Origin: Lenisia limosa
Lineage: Eukaryota > Protista > Breviatea
Direction of reading: 5' to 3'
Assembly: GCA_001655205.1 (NCBI GenBank)
Contig: LPNZ01010012.1
Coordinates: forward strand, 1 to 35,853
DNA length: 35,853 bases
Shown: positions 20,983 through 33,060 of the stretch, piece by piece
Position numbering within the stretch: position 1 is the stretch's first letter
How the letters are laid out: every line of letters begins with the position of its first letter
Notes under the pieces: generated by a model
The model's database searches: none
What the model was told of the DNA's origin: nothing
Seen by the model: only the letters and a program-made list of their open reading frames with translations
Made by a program: the position numbers and the translations under genes

Positions 20983-23900
20983 ATGCATAGAACGCGACAA
21001 CCCCGTAGTGGCGATACATATGGACCTAATAATGGATTTGAACCAAGATCATCGAAGAGTACTCATGGATCTAGCCAGGGCAGTCGAGGGCAAAGTCGCC
21101 CAATGTCTCTCTCTGAAGCTGCGGCTTTCACCCCTTCTCAGTCTGCAAACAGAAGAAGATACCACCACAGCACTCCCAGTGCCAATATGTCACCTTCACG
21201 ATACTCCTCTTCGCCACAACAGCAAGAACCAAGCTATGACTATTCGACATACTACGAGTCGGTCTCGCCCGTCCACCAGAACTATGCTTCGTCGGAAGAA
21301 GAAGCCTACCCCAGTTTTCAGCCCCAACGCCATGAGGCACGACCTGAACCGCTCCGTCGAGATGAGTTCGGTGGGTCATCTCGATTTGCCCCCGTCCCCG
21401 ACCATGTCCGAATGATTTCGCCAAGCCGAAGAACCAGGAGCCAGAGGCAATTCGACGACCGCGACCGAGCAATGCCTCCTGTTGCACGTGAGCGTGAAAG
21501 AGAGCGGCCGAGAGAGCGAGATGACAGACAAGTGCGGCAGCAGCCACGTTCGGTAGCCAGACCGGCGCGTCAGTCTGAGATCCGAGGCCAACAGCCCTTG
21601 AGACAATCCAGACCCATTCGACCAAGTAGAAACAGGCCAATCAATAAGCCAAGTGGACCTCCCTATACTTTCAAGGTTTGTCTCATCCAAGTTTTGGAGA
21701 GTTGCATCTGAATTGTTATTTTTCCATTGCACTTTTTTTTTTTCACAGAGAATAATCCTAAAATTGACAAAGGTTAAAGAACTGTAGCAATAATAATAAA
21801 GCTTTCTCTTGGATATTTCTGAATTTTAGTCTGACGGCCAAGCAACAAGGTTCCAAGATTTGGTGTCTTCGAGGGATAGTGTTGTCGAATTATTCCATCA
21901 AGGTTGGTGAAGGATTGATGTTGACAATTTTGGTTTGAAAGGTTAATGAATCTAGCTCTTGCGGACCTCTTTGAAGAATCCAGATGGCCCCGAGACCCTT
22001 TCCCGTGGGTGGATGTTTGATAGATGTCATATTGGTCAAAACTGAGATACTTGTTAAAATGTTATGCGTCCTGTAAGGTTTCATGATATAATATTTATTG
22101 TTTTTCAACAAATACCTTTTTTAGTTTGACAAAAATAATGAATTTGAAGGTAATGATTTTTTTGTAATATAAAAAAATCCTTGTTTCTTGATATCAAATA
22201 CTCTTATCGTATTATGGTTTTATTTACAATAATTCAAACGATTTTCACATGTTACACTTTTAGAAAAAAACAAGTCCAACAAATAATCATCGTTTCATTT
22301 CCAGCTTTTGTTATTGGGATTCAAAGAGAACCTGTGACTGTCAGAAAATGGACATTTTTATTTTGAGTTGTTCTCGATGACGTCCTTTTGAAGCGTAGTT
22401 GACCTTTCAAGGTACCTTCGAGAGAAACTTGGTCTTGGTAAACGAACAGACGAGGAATTGGATCTTGAAATGGCCAATAACGATCTTGCTGATGAAATTG
22501 AAGTTGCCCAATGGAAAGTTGACGAACTTGAAGCCCAGGTTTGTTGAAGAGAAGTTATGATTTATGTTAACTGTAGCTTTTGTGTGTGTTTTTTTTTTCA
22601 TTTTGGTCATAATTGATGGTTATTCCCTGCTCACAGAACAGATTCTTGAGATTGAAAGACAGCGCAACTATGAGCGGTCACAGGTCCAAGACGAAATGGC
22701 CCAGGCTAGGTCTTCTGCCGTATTAGCTGCATTCTCTGGGGAGGTCACTGGAGACCAGGAGACAAACCCTGCCCTCTACGCGAGCGCCAGCGCCATTGCT
22801 GCTGCTCTCGGCTCGGCTGCTCTTTCAGTTCGGAGGGAACCCCGCGCTCGCATGTCGGAGCGGACCTCTCGTCGGCCTGTTGTTGCAACACCGGCCGCGC
22901 CAGCCGCTCCACAGAGAACACCAGAGGAAATTCGAGCCATGTCGGAGCGATTATCCCAAAGACGTCAGAACCCCGAGCCTGTGCGAAGAGTGAGGTGGTT
23001 GTGAATGATTACTTGAAGGAGGGGACGTTGGAGATGGCTTTGTTTGATTCTGTTAACTTGTCAGGGTGCGTCAACTCGTACAACAAGTACTTCAAGACCA
23101 AGTCAAGGGAGAGCTTCAAACCGAACACAGCAAAGGAGCACTCCAGCCAAGGTTTGGTTTGAAAGTGCGGCATCTGTTTCCCTTCAAAAATACTCTTTTA
23201 TTAAGAAAAACGCCAATTAGTCCTTGATCATTCAGTCATCTACAAGATCCTCAGGCACGTCACAAGCCTCAGAAGATGACGTAAGTCGAGATGAGGAAAT
23301 GAAAACGTCTCAGCCAGAGCCGATGTCAAAACACGAACTGGAGTGCTCTACCCAGGGTGAGAAGAGTGATGCTGAGGTTAAGGAAGAAAGCAAAGAGCAA
23401 GGCAAGAGTGATGAAGAAAAGGATGAAGGAAAAATCGAAGAAAAGGATGATAACAGTGAAGTAAAGTCTGAGGAAGAGAAGAAAAAGGAAGAGGAAACAG
23501 AGAACGAGAATACAGTAGAGAAAGAGGTGGGAAAAGAGGAGAAGGTAGAAGAAGAGGAGAATGAAGAGAAGGTAGAAGCTATAGAAGAGAAGAAAACTGA
23601 AGAGCAAGTGACAAAGTCAGATTCAGCAGAGGATTTGGAGAAAAAGAAGGCATTAGCTAAGAGACAAGAAAAAAAAAAAAAAGAAGANNNNNNNNNNNNN
23701 NNNNNNNNNNNNNNNNNNNNNNNNNNNNNNNNNNNNNNNNNNAAAGAAGAAGAAAGGAAGAAGAAGATTGCTGATCAAAAAAGGAAAGAAGAAACAAGGA
23801 AGAAAATTGAGCAAAAGAAAAAGATTGACGATGAAAAGAAGAAAGAAGAAGAGTTGAAGAAGAAGGAAGAGGAGAAGGAAAACAATAAAAAGGATAAGGA

Positions 23901-24987
23901 GAAGAGAGCAGCTTTTGCTGAAAAAAAGAAGAAGGATGAAGAAAAGAAACAGTTGGAAATGGTAGAGAAGAATAAGAAAGAGCAAGAAGAAAAGAAGAAG
24001 AAGGAAGAAGAAGAAAAGAAGATGGAAATGAGAGAAAAGAAGAAAAAGGAGGAGGGAGAGAAAAAGAAGAAGGAAGATGAAAAGAAAGAGGGTGAGGAAG
24101 AGGAAGCAAAAAAGAAAGAGGAAGTTATGAAGGAAGAAGAGGAAAAGAAGAAGCAAGAAGAAAAGAAGAAGGAAGAAGAGAAGAAGAAGGAAGAAGAAAA
24201 GAAGAAAGAAGAAGAAAAGAAGAAGGAAGAAGAGAAGAAGAAGGAGGAAGAAATGAAGAAGGAAGAAGAACCGAAAAAGGAAGAAGAAAAGAAGGAGGAG
24301 GAAGAAGAAAAGAAACAGAAAGAAGAGGAAGAGAAGAAAAAGGCTGAAGATGTAAGCAAAGAGGAAGGAAAGAAGGAAGAAGTAAAGGAGGAAGATAAGC
24401 CTTGTGAAGAAGCTAAATCAGATGAACCCCAATCTCAGCTGAGGTGTGTGAGTCGCAATATAATCTGACAGTTATGATCAAGTTCACAATTTAACACGTG
24501 TAGCGAACAGCCGGCCCCAGTTCGTTCCCATAGTCTTGCCTACATCAACATACCAAATGACTTCGGCGAGCTTCAAGGAGCCACTAAGATGGCTTTGGCG
24601 GCAGGTATGTCCCAGTATTGGTTCTTTTGCTTTTTTATTTTTTTTTTATCATAAAAACTACTACATATTTAAATGATATGATATTATTATCACCAATTCT
24701 ATCGTACTGTGTATTTGATAAATAATATCCACGAACGTTGTTCACCATGCAGCAAACGCGGCTTTGGCTGAAGAAGACCAGGCCCTTTCTGCTGCTTCTC
24801 TGCAAAAAGAGAAAATCTTTCTCCATGTTGGAGGGTTTTTTCGCTGTTTCGAAGAGGTTCTTATTTACGCTTCCAGAAAGGCTTGGCGGCATTCAAACAA
24901 ATGCGCACAGATGGGGCTCCTGATACCCAGGTTAACTTTGTGAAAGGACAACTTGGCATTGTCCATGCTAAGTGGGAGCTTGGTTAA
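20983..24987 (+). CDS. Large low-complexity protein: Arg/Ser/Pro-rich N-terminus, MYCBP/AMY-1-like module, long Glu/Lys-rich region, helical C-terminal domain
   Basis: Long open exons (20983-21676, 23236-24448) joined by short GT-AG exons. Internal SDGQATRFQDLVSSRDSVVELFHQALADLFEESRWPRDPFPYLREKLGLG..; terminal ..KGLAAFKQMRTDGAPDTQVNFVKGQLGIVHAKWELG*. Confidence 0.75.
24140..24300 (+). repeat. Coding tandem repeat (KKKEEE)n, ~18-nt unit
   Basis: Translation reads KKKQEEKKKEEEKKKEEEKKKEEEKKKEEEKKKEEEMKKEEE. Confidence 0.9.
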
Positions 24988-25384
24988 TGTTTTTTTTTTT
25001 TTTNNNNNNNNNNNNNNNNNNNNNNNNNNNNNNNNNNNNNNNNNNNNNNAGTTTGATGAAATTGGGGGGGCTTAAGTTTTCTTTTGTCTTGGTATCATAT
25101 TTTATTTGTAAAAAAATCTTTCTTTTTTCTTAACTAGTAATTATTTGCTGTAATGTATATTCGTACTATGTATTCACAGGGATTTCTGCATGTCTTCAAA
25201 CAGGTTAAGGGATACACAAATTTCACGTAAATTTACGTAAAAATAAATTGAAAATAATTTACGTTTTTTAAGTACATACTCAAGAGGATTAACAATTTGT
25301 AAATGTACATAATAAACCCAAATGCGAACTGTTAAATTCGTGTACCCGAACGATCCCTAAGGCTACAAATAAAAGAAGGATGTA

Positions 25385-27884
25385 TTAGAATTGTTTACCC
25401 AGGTCGATCTTCGCACGCAAGCTGTTGATACTATAGAAGACAAAGCTGTCCAAAATACCCATGACAGCAAAAACTCCTCCAAGAATTGCGAAAAGTTCTA
25501 AAAGGTGAAAATGAAAACAGTACATCAAGCACTATGACTGCAAGGGCATGAGTTAGAAATTCCTCCAGCAAACCAGTGATGAAGTGAAGGAAGGAGCGAG
25601 AGGTTTCTACCATTGTCACCTTATAAGGCGCAAGGTCATAGACAAAGAAAACGCCTGGGTGATGAATGCGATCAAGTCTGTCACATTTATATATGATATG
25701 CTCTGATATAATAAACTATATGCATATCATATGGCATTCCTTTCTATTGTTCAGCTACCTTCAGTCCATCAATCAGGAAGAATTCGCAGAAGCCCTACCA
25801 GGAAGTGAATTTCCTTGAGTTTTGACAGAAGAGGAAGTGTAGGAGTATTGGTTGGTTTCAATGACATCTCGACGGCCACTGGGATTTATGAAAAAGGCAA
25901 CAAAAAAAACAATCTCTCTCATGACGATATTAGTGGAAGAGAGAAGATATAGAGTGGACAATATATGTAGCTCCCCACAAACTGATGATACTCAGTCGGA
26001 ACAACCTTTAAGAAGTATTTGTACATCATGTTGCCTAGGGAGTGAGGAGCAGTTTATATCTTTCCGAATCAAAACCAACGTCCAATACCATACCAGTTGG
26101 AGAAGACACCTTATGGTTATCCAGAGGGTACTCTTGGTTCGGGTACTCCTTGCCGAAGGAAAGATGGTCAATGGTATGTGTGAAGTTGAAGACTGAGTGG
26201 TCAGTGCTGTTAAAACGCAGAAAAAAAAAGAAGAAAAAAAACTCAGTGAATATCGTAGCAGGCCTATTTCTTTCCACTCCATGGAAAGTTGTCAGGTGCC
26301 GAGAGATATTTTGATTGGCTTTATCACATATAATATGTGGAAATGCGGGAAAAATAAAACATGTGAATGCTCGTCGCCATCCACAACATCACGCTTCAAA
26401 GCTATTGGATTATAATTAGCTTCCTTTCAGTCCCAAAAAGAATTTCTCAATAAATCCTTGATAAATATTGATATTTTACCGGTCTTTTTAGACCGTACGG
26501 AAGCACTAATTATAGAATTTTAATTCAAAAACAATACTATTAGTGTCAATTTTTGCCTCGAAAAGACTCATACCTTCACCGTGGAACATGCTCATGTCAT
26601 GAGTGTGCCCGCGTCCAGACATGAAGGACTTTCCAGGGGCAATGTGGAAGGTACCTTGGACTTTATTCACCTGGGAAGCGAGTGAATATTGAATCTCATA
26701 AATTACAAACAGACCCAGAGTATGACTATAACGGACGAGGTGGGGGGGGGGGGGNNNNNNNNNNNNNNNNNNNNNNNNNNNNNNNNNNNNNNNNNNNNNN
26801 NNNNNNNNNNNNNNNNNNNNNNNNNNNNNNNNNNNNNNNNNNNNNNNNNNNNGACATGATTGCAGTGCTGAGTCCAAGAAAAACAAACCTCAAAGAAGCC
26901 ATAAAGATGGCAGCCCTCATGACGATGACGCTCCATATCAGGTGAATAGCCATCATCACTATAAAAGTAATAGAGGACAATATACTATCAACAATCCACA
27001 TTGCTATCACGCCATACCTGCACTGTTCAATGCTGGTTCCGAGGGTGAAGGCCCATCCTTTCCTGCGGTAGGCGGCACGCACCTCATTACACGTGTTGCA
27101 GCACTCATTATCATCCATTTCCGCTCCGTAGCAACTAAAAAGTAAAAGAGTCTTGATAGTGAAACAATAATTCAAGGGCTACCCCCCCCCCCACGATCCA
27201 CAATAGGCACCAGGCTTGGGGATGGGGGCGCCTCCTGGGGCCTTTCCCTCAGTTTCTGACTCCTTATTCATGTCGTCAAAGAGCTTTTGGGTGTACAGCT
27301 CTTGAGGGTAAGCAGAAGCTCACAATACGGAATAAAACGAAAAAGATTCACCCCTCCCCCGCACCAGAGTTGACAACGGCAGCGCCAAGGGGACGGCCAC
27401 GACGGTCAAGGCGACGACGATAGATGGAGTGGAACACGTCCATCTGGGTCTCTCCAGTCACATCCATCGCGTCAATGGAAAGATCTATTTTAATTACATT
27501 GTCAAAGAAAAAGCCGGTGCTTACAGACACAAGGAACTTTGGGGAAAATCATATTCATATTGATACGAACAGTCTGGTTTCCTGATCCAACGTCGACATC
27601 AATGGATTTCTTGACGATAGGTTGCATAAAGAGATAGAACTCTCCAAAAAACAGGTAAGTCATGAAGAGAAAGGCACATACAGAGACTAAAATGGTTAAA
27701 GCATTTCCAAGAAAGAGGACCCAGGTTATTACCTTTCCTGAATTAAATGCCTCCATCCCTCTTACCAACTGCCCCACTGAAGGTCTTCTCTTTGAAGTCT
27801 TCCAAAGTTTTGGGGAAAAGATCAATCTGTATAATAAGCTGTGGTTGTGCAATATTTTGATATTACCTGGCTAAGGAGCCCCAT
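25385..27884 (-). CDS. ERGIC3: ERGIC3/Erv46 ER-Golgi intermediate compartment cargo-recycling protein
   Basis: Motifs: DLFPKTLEDFKEKTFSGAV; SCYGAEMDDNECCNTCNEVRAAYRRKGWAF..IEQC; EGCHLYGFFEV; NKVQGTFHIAPGKSF; HLSFGKEYPNQEYPLD; PGVFFVYDLAPYKVTMVETSRSFLHFIT; AILGGVFAVMGILDSFVF..KIDLGKQF*. Confidence 0.93.
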
Positions 27885-28652
27885 TGTACACAACACTTCA
27901 GCGTTAAAGCCAATCTGCAGGATTCACTAAATTGAAATGATTCCAAATGACTATTTCTGCCTGAAAAAAATGCTATATAGTTATATTATATATCCTATTC
28001 ACACAATGCGTACAAAACGAAAACGAGGCAACGCAGCAACAACGGCGGGTCTAACTCCGATTTCAACCAAGAGGTGGACCCGGCGGCGGATCAGGAACAT
28101 GGAAAATGATGGGATAGTATACAGTGGGGGTCCGACCATCATCCAAGCTATCTTTTCATATATTTCTCCAATTCTCAAAAAAATACACTATTCAATTATT
28201 GGCAGTTAATTGGCAGTTCATGGTGCTTCAGGGAGTCAGGGAGAACAGACTTTTTCCGACCCCTGACCGAGGAGGTACTTGAAATGTCCACAGTTTTTCA
28301 AACCGTGGAGATCTTGTAACGATCCCTGGCGATCCTAAAAATCACTCAACAATCTACAATCCTGATACAATCAACATACATACACAAAATCAATACAAAA
28401 TTACAAATCTAAAGATATTACAATACACCACATTGCACTCCAATTGCACTCTATGTTATTCAATGATGCATCTAGGATAAATATAAGATAACTCCAGGAT
28501 GCTCTGTATCTGAATATTGCATATTACATTGTCATCATTAATACTGAGTCAGCTTTTGAAAATCCATTGAAACCAGCAACATCTCCACAACATCGCCAGA
28601 ATACTCAGGCTACAAAGAAAAGAAAACACCTATCAAATCATCATTGCATGCA

Positions 28653-30414
28653 TTAAGTTTCAACAATAAGGGCATGTCTGATTTGCGAGATTTCGAACAG
28701 AATGTCATCCACTTTCTTGAACTGTGAAAAGGGGTCTCAAACTAACCTCTTGAGAATAGTTATTTGCCCATTCCACAGCAACATCAAATGGTGCCTTCTT
28801 CCTGTTCTTCTTCTTCTAGTACGTCAGCCACATTCCGATTAGAAATAACCTCAATATATCACAGTACTCCCATACCTGTATTTTGTTATAACAGTCATCA
28901 GACATCTACAAGGTAAGATATTTTGACCTCTCAGGCAAAACCAACAAAATAATGCAAACCTGCATGAGAAGACGAGCTGGTAAATGCATACCACCACGGG
29001 CAACAAGAACACGTCGGAGGCAGTGAGGGGACAATTGGATATACTGTGGTGTCACTATTTTCCAGATCATGTCAAATAATACAGTCTTTCAGGATGTATT
29101 TAGAACAGAACACCCTTCACCCACTCACTCTACCGGTAATTCCATCAGTTACCCAGAGGGAACAAAGTTGGCCACAGTTTCGAACACAAGCAGCACATCG
29201 ATCATCTTCACACTCGGAAAATTCCTGAATGATTGTGAGAAAAGTCTGACAAAAGTAAATATCTTCGCTTACCTCTGTGTAGGGGCCATCAAGAGGGTAT
29301 CGTTTCACAACTTCCTAATATAATAAGACAACTTTGAAAGGATCAAGTCACAGTCATAAAATCGAAAAAAAAGGGCAGACCAAAAACTCGGGTCTCCATC
29401 TTCCCATGGCTTTAGAGCTGAGAGAGCTGATTTCCCATTTATTGCCTTCCACCCAGGCTGATAAATCGAATTCCTCTGTGTCACTCTTCTCGACGCCAAG
29501 TTCGTAATCCGCTTGCTCCATAAGTGCCGAGAGGCCTTGGTACTCCCCTTCCTAAAAATAGGTAACACTTGGCTGTCGGTACCTGTATCTTCTTTTTGGC
29601 TGGCTTCTTTTTCCACCATTCTTGCGGGTTGCCTTCTTTTTCATCGTTGGATTTATATTTTTCTTTTGACTTCCTCTAAATAAATTAAACTACCAAAGGT
29701 CATGGTTTTGGGAATCTTCCCTCCCACCATCACGATTTCGTCATCACTACTTTCACTATCAAGAGAAATCAAAGCGGAGGGCTGAGCCGCTTTCAGTTCC
29801 TTTCCTCCACTTTGATTCTTGAGATCTTGTCTTTTCTTCTTCTTCAAGCCATACTCATCATCAGACTCGTGGTCGCTGACTTCGCCATCAGATGACTCAT
29901 CGCTGTCACTTTCAACAACTCGTTTATTTTTCTTTGGGGTGGGAGGTGCTGGTTCTTCTAAACGGTGACAGTAATATGAAATATTGATACATCCCTTTAT
30001 AATATGGTGTGTGTGTTTATTGCATTTTTATGGCATTGTTTTAGAAAAAAATCAAACCATCTTCATCATTTATTGAATTCTGCTTCGTCTTACGTGCGGA
30101 TTTACTTGATTTAGGAGTGGTTTCTTCATCTGTCCAGATTAATATGATATGTACTAAGTGTAAAAAAGAAGTGTTGAAAACAGAACCATTTCAATTTTGT
30201 TTCTGTTGAAACAAAATATCTCACCTTCAGAAGACTCATAGTCGTCATCAACGATGAATACAGAATCATCATTTGAGTCAAAAGCCGCAGTAGGCTCTTC
30301 TGGCGTATAATATTCATCATACATATCCAAAAGGTCTTGAGAGAGACTCTGTTCAAGCTTGTCCTCACCCTCTACACTATTAGTGAACCAGAATATCAGC
30401 GGATCTAAACACAT
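28653..30414 (-). CDS. Acidic/basic low-complexity protein with a Cys-containing C-terminal domain, tentatively CCDC82/DUF4211-like
   Basis: Exons with D/E/S-rich and KKK-rich tracts, followed by KAMGRWRPEFL|EVVKRYPLDGPYTE|EFSECEDDRCAACVRNCGQLC..PHCLRRVLVAR..FKKVDDILFEISQIRHALIVET*. Confidence 0.55.
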
Positions 30415-30576
30415 TTTTTGGTGATAAAAAGCCAAAAATCGAAAATTGGCACATTTAAAATTTATATTTACTAATAAATATCATAAATACTATAGTATAC
30501 ATGTAATATATCGTATGTATAACATATACTCTAGATGCATATGATATGTAATTACAACTTCGTTTCTGACAATTAA

Positions 30577-32760
30577 CTAATTGTGTGGTACCCACAGACC
30601 GGTCCACTGCACAGTTGCTTCCAAAACAGCATCAATAAGAAAAGGACCTTCAGGTTTACGGATGATAGGTGGCTCTAATTCATAAAACAACCTCAAAGGT
30701 AGATTGGGTTCGCAAACCTTTATGTAGCATTTTCTTTAATCCTTTAGGTGCAATTCTTTTCCACGAGGATAATGTCTCTTCTTGGTTTATATGGAAACTA
30801 TACCAAATTAAAATGTGAAATTGTCATAAAGAAGATATCATATTTAATGATCATATCATGTGGTCTCTTGTTACTCCCTCAATATATCAAATAGTATATA
30901 GTATCTGGTTTCGGATAAAAATAACACATGAGAGAAATCGAGAAGAGTTTGTCGAATTATGTCTTTTTATCAGTCCGCAGGAAATCACAACTTATGATTG
31001 ATATGATTGGTATATTATATAATTCGAACATAAAGAAAATATGAGACCTGCTTGTCTGGATCTATTGTATATAGTACAAATATATGATATATATTATTTA
31101 CATATCATATATATATTATATATCATAAGTAAATAGCATCATGAACTATGATATGGGTGGTATTTAATTAAGAATTGTAATCTAAAAATACCAAGGAACA
31201 AGTTTTTTTTTTTCACTAGTAAAGTAATTCAATGATTTTGGGTCCTCATTAACCTTATATATTTCCAACCTTCTTTGCATGTACTCTTCCATGGTGAAGA
31301 CCTTAGAGACACCAATTAATCCAGAAGGAATCCAAGCTCTTTTTTTTCTGAATAAAAATAAAATCTGTCACAATACCACATTACTTTTGATAATAAAAAT
31401 GAATGGGAGTAATGGGAAAGAGATTACAAACTCACGATTTCTTACGGCCACCTTCATTTTCAATTCTTGAATGTTCCTCAGCCTCCTGGTAATTACCAAG
31501 AACTAAATCATAGTCCTCTTCATGTTCCTAAATTGTAAACCTTTAAGAATAAGAAGAGAAAGGCAATTCAAAAAAAAACGGAAATGTCACTGCAAGATAA
31601 ACATACCATTTTCACGCCAATTACTCGAGGGTTCAAACGGGGTCCAAGGAGGCCTGAAAAGGTAAAGAATGGATGAAAAATTAAAGGTTAAATAAAATAA
31701 TTTCGTTTCATTTACCGCATGTTCTACGCACATTGCTTCCATTTTTCCTCAATATCAACATTTCACACTACGGATATTAAAGGCTCGTCCCTTTCAAGGG
31801 CCTCAATAGTTTCAGAACAAAGAATTGAGGATATGGGTACACAGATCACAGAAGTAAATCAACGTGTGTGTGTGAGCAACATGCTATCAGTTTGATACAG
31901 GATAAAAGGATATAATACACACAAAATGCGCGTACTGAGAGGCTTTGCATAATCCACTTATTGACGCGTCCAAAACCATTCCAATTAGAGTTGTGAAAAC
32001 CTCTCACCATCATCATTTTCACTTGATGAATCGTTCCCACTGAAATCCATGCGTACAACAGGTTTACCAACTGTGAGTCCTAAAAGGCATTTAGATTGGT
32101 AGGGATGAATAGAAATATGCCAAACGTTTGATAAGGAATGGAAGGAAACATCCCTCCAAACCTCCAGATGTATGAAGTGGGTCAATACTCAAATGCCTTG
32201 CGTCAATTCTTTGCTGCTTGGGCTTTCGTTTGAATTGCTGTCTCAGTCTCTTCTTAACAGGGGGGTTCTTTTTTTGTTGTTCTCGCGAGGTTGGAAAGAA
32301 GTCACACATTCGCCGCTGCATTGTATCCTTGGTTGAGTAAACAGCTGAAACTGTTCTATAATTATAGTCCCAATATCTCTACCCTAAACTTTCAACTAAC
32401 TTCTTTCCGAAAAAAAAAATGTCGAGGGGGGGGGGGGAGGGANNNNNNNNNNNNNNNNNNNNNNNNNNNNNNNNNNNNNNNNNNNNNNNNNNNNNNNNNN
32501 NNNNNNNNNNNNNNNNNNNNNNNNNNNNNNNNNNNNNNNNNNCACAAGTGAACCACAAGCAAGAGAGGAGTTTAGTTTTGGGGAATCTTCAGAATGTAAC
32601 CTTTGATGGAACTGTGGATTGTACACGATCTCAAATGAGAGTCAAATCACTGGCTTCCATTGAAGGCATGTGCAAAGCCCCGGTCATACGACCGCAAACA
32701 GATGCAAGAATCTATTGTCGCTGTAACACTCGAAACAAGGTTAACATACAATGCCAAGCT
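30577..32760 (-). CDS. Hypothetical multi-exon protein; boundaries uncertain, spans a gap
   Basis: Exon-like blocks: QRRMCDFFPTSREQQKKNPPVKKRLRQQFKRKPKQQRIDAR; GLTVGKPVVRMDFSGNDSSSENDD; AWIPSGLIGVSKVFTMEEYMQRR; ETLSSWKRIAPKGLKKMLHK; EPPIIRKPEGPFLIDAVLEATVQWTGLWVPHN*. It may be more than one gene. Confidence 0.45.
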
Positions 32761-33060
32761 GACTTAGCAACAAAAAAGAGTTAAATGTTTGCGAGAAAAA
32801 GGTTTAATAGTCAATGAACTGAACTGTGATTATTTTTATGTCCATCCAGTTTCCCTTTATTTTCATTTTTTTCAAATAATCTTCCTCTTTTATTGATTTA
32901 GTTCTAAACTCTAGCAGAGCATTAAAAATGAGTTACACTCGCCGTACTTCTGGCCTCAGTAAGCAGGTTTATGCACTTCTTTTTTTCCTATCGTTCTCTA
33001 AGCTTGCTGTTGCCTGATTAATATCCCGATTTACCAATTTCTAACAAAATTACGTTGATT

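Noticed and set aside
23326-24359. Long minus-strand F/L/S-rich ORFs (93-194 aa)
   Set aside because: They are antisense shadows of the purine-rich Glu/Lys coding repeat, which lacks stops on the opposite strand.
25220-25270. Repeated TTTACGT motifs between convergent genes
   Set aside because: Short, degenerate and AT-rich; not distinguishable from background.
27937-28209. Plus-strand 90-aa ORF upstream of ERGIC3
   Set aside because: No recognisable motif or supporting exon chain; it probably overlaps promoter sequence.
28235-28267. GTCAGGG..CCCTGAC hairpin as a possible ncRNA
   Set aside because: Only a 7-bp stem, with no tRNA, snRNA or snoRNA box motifs recognised.
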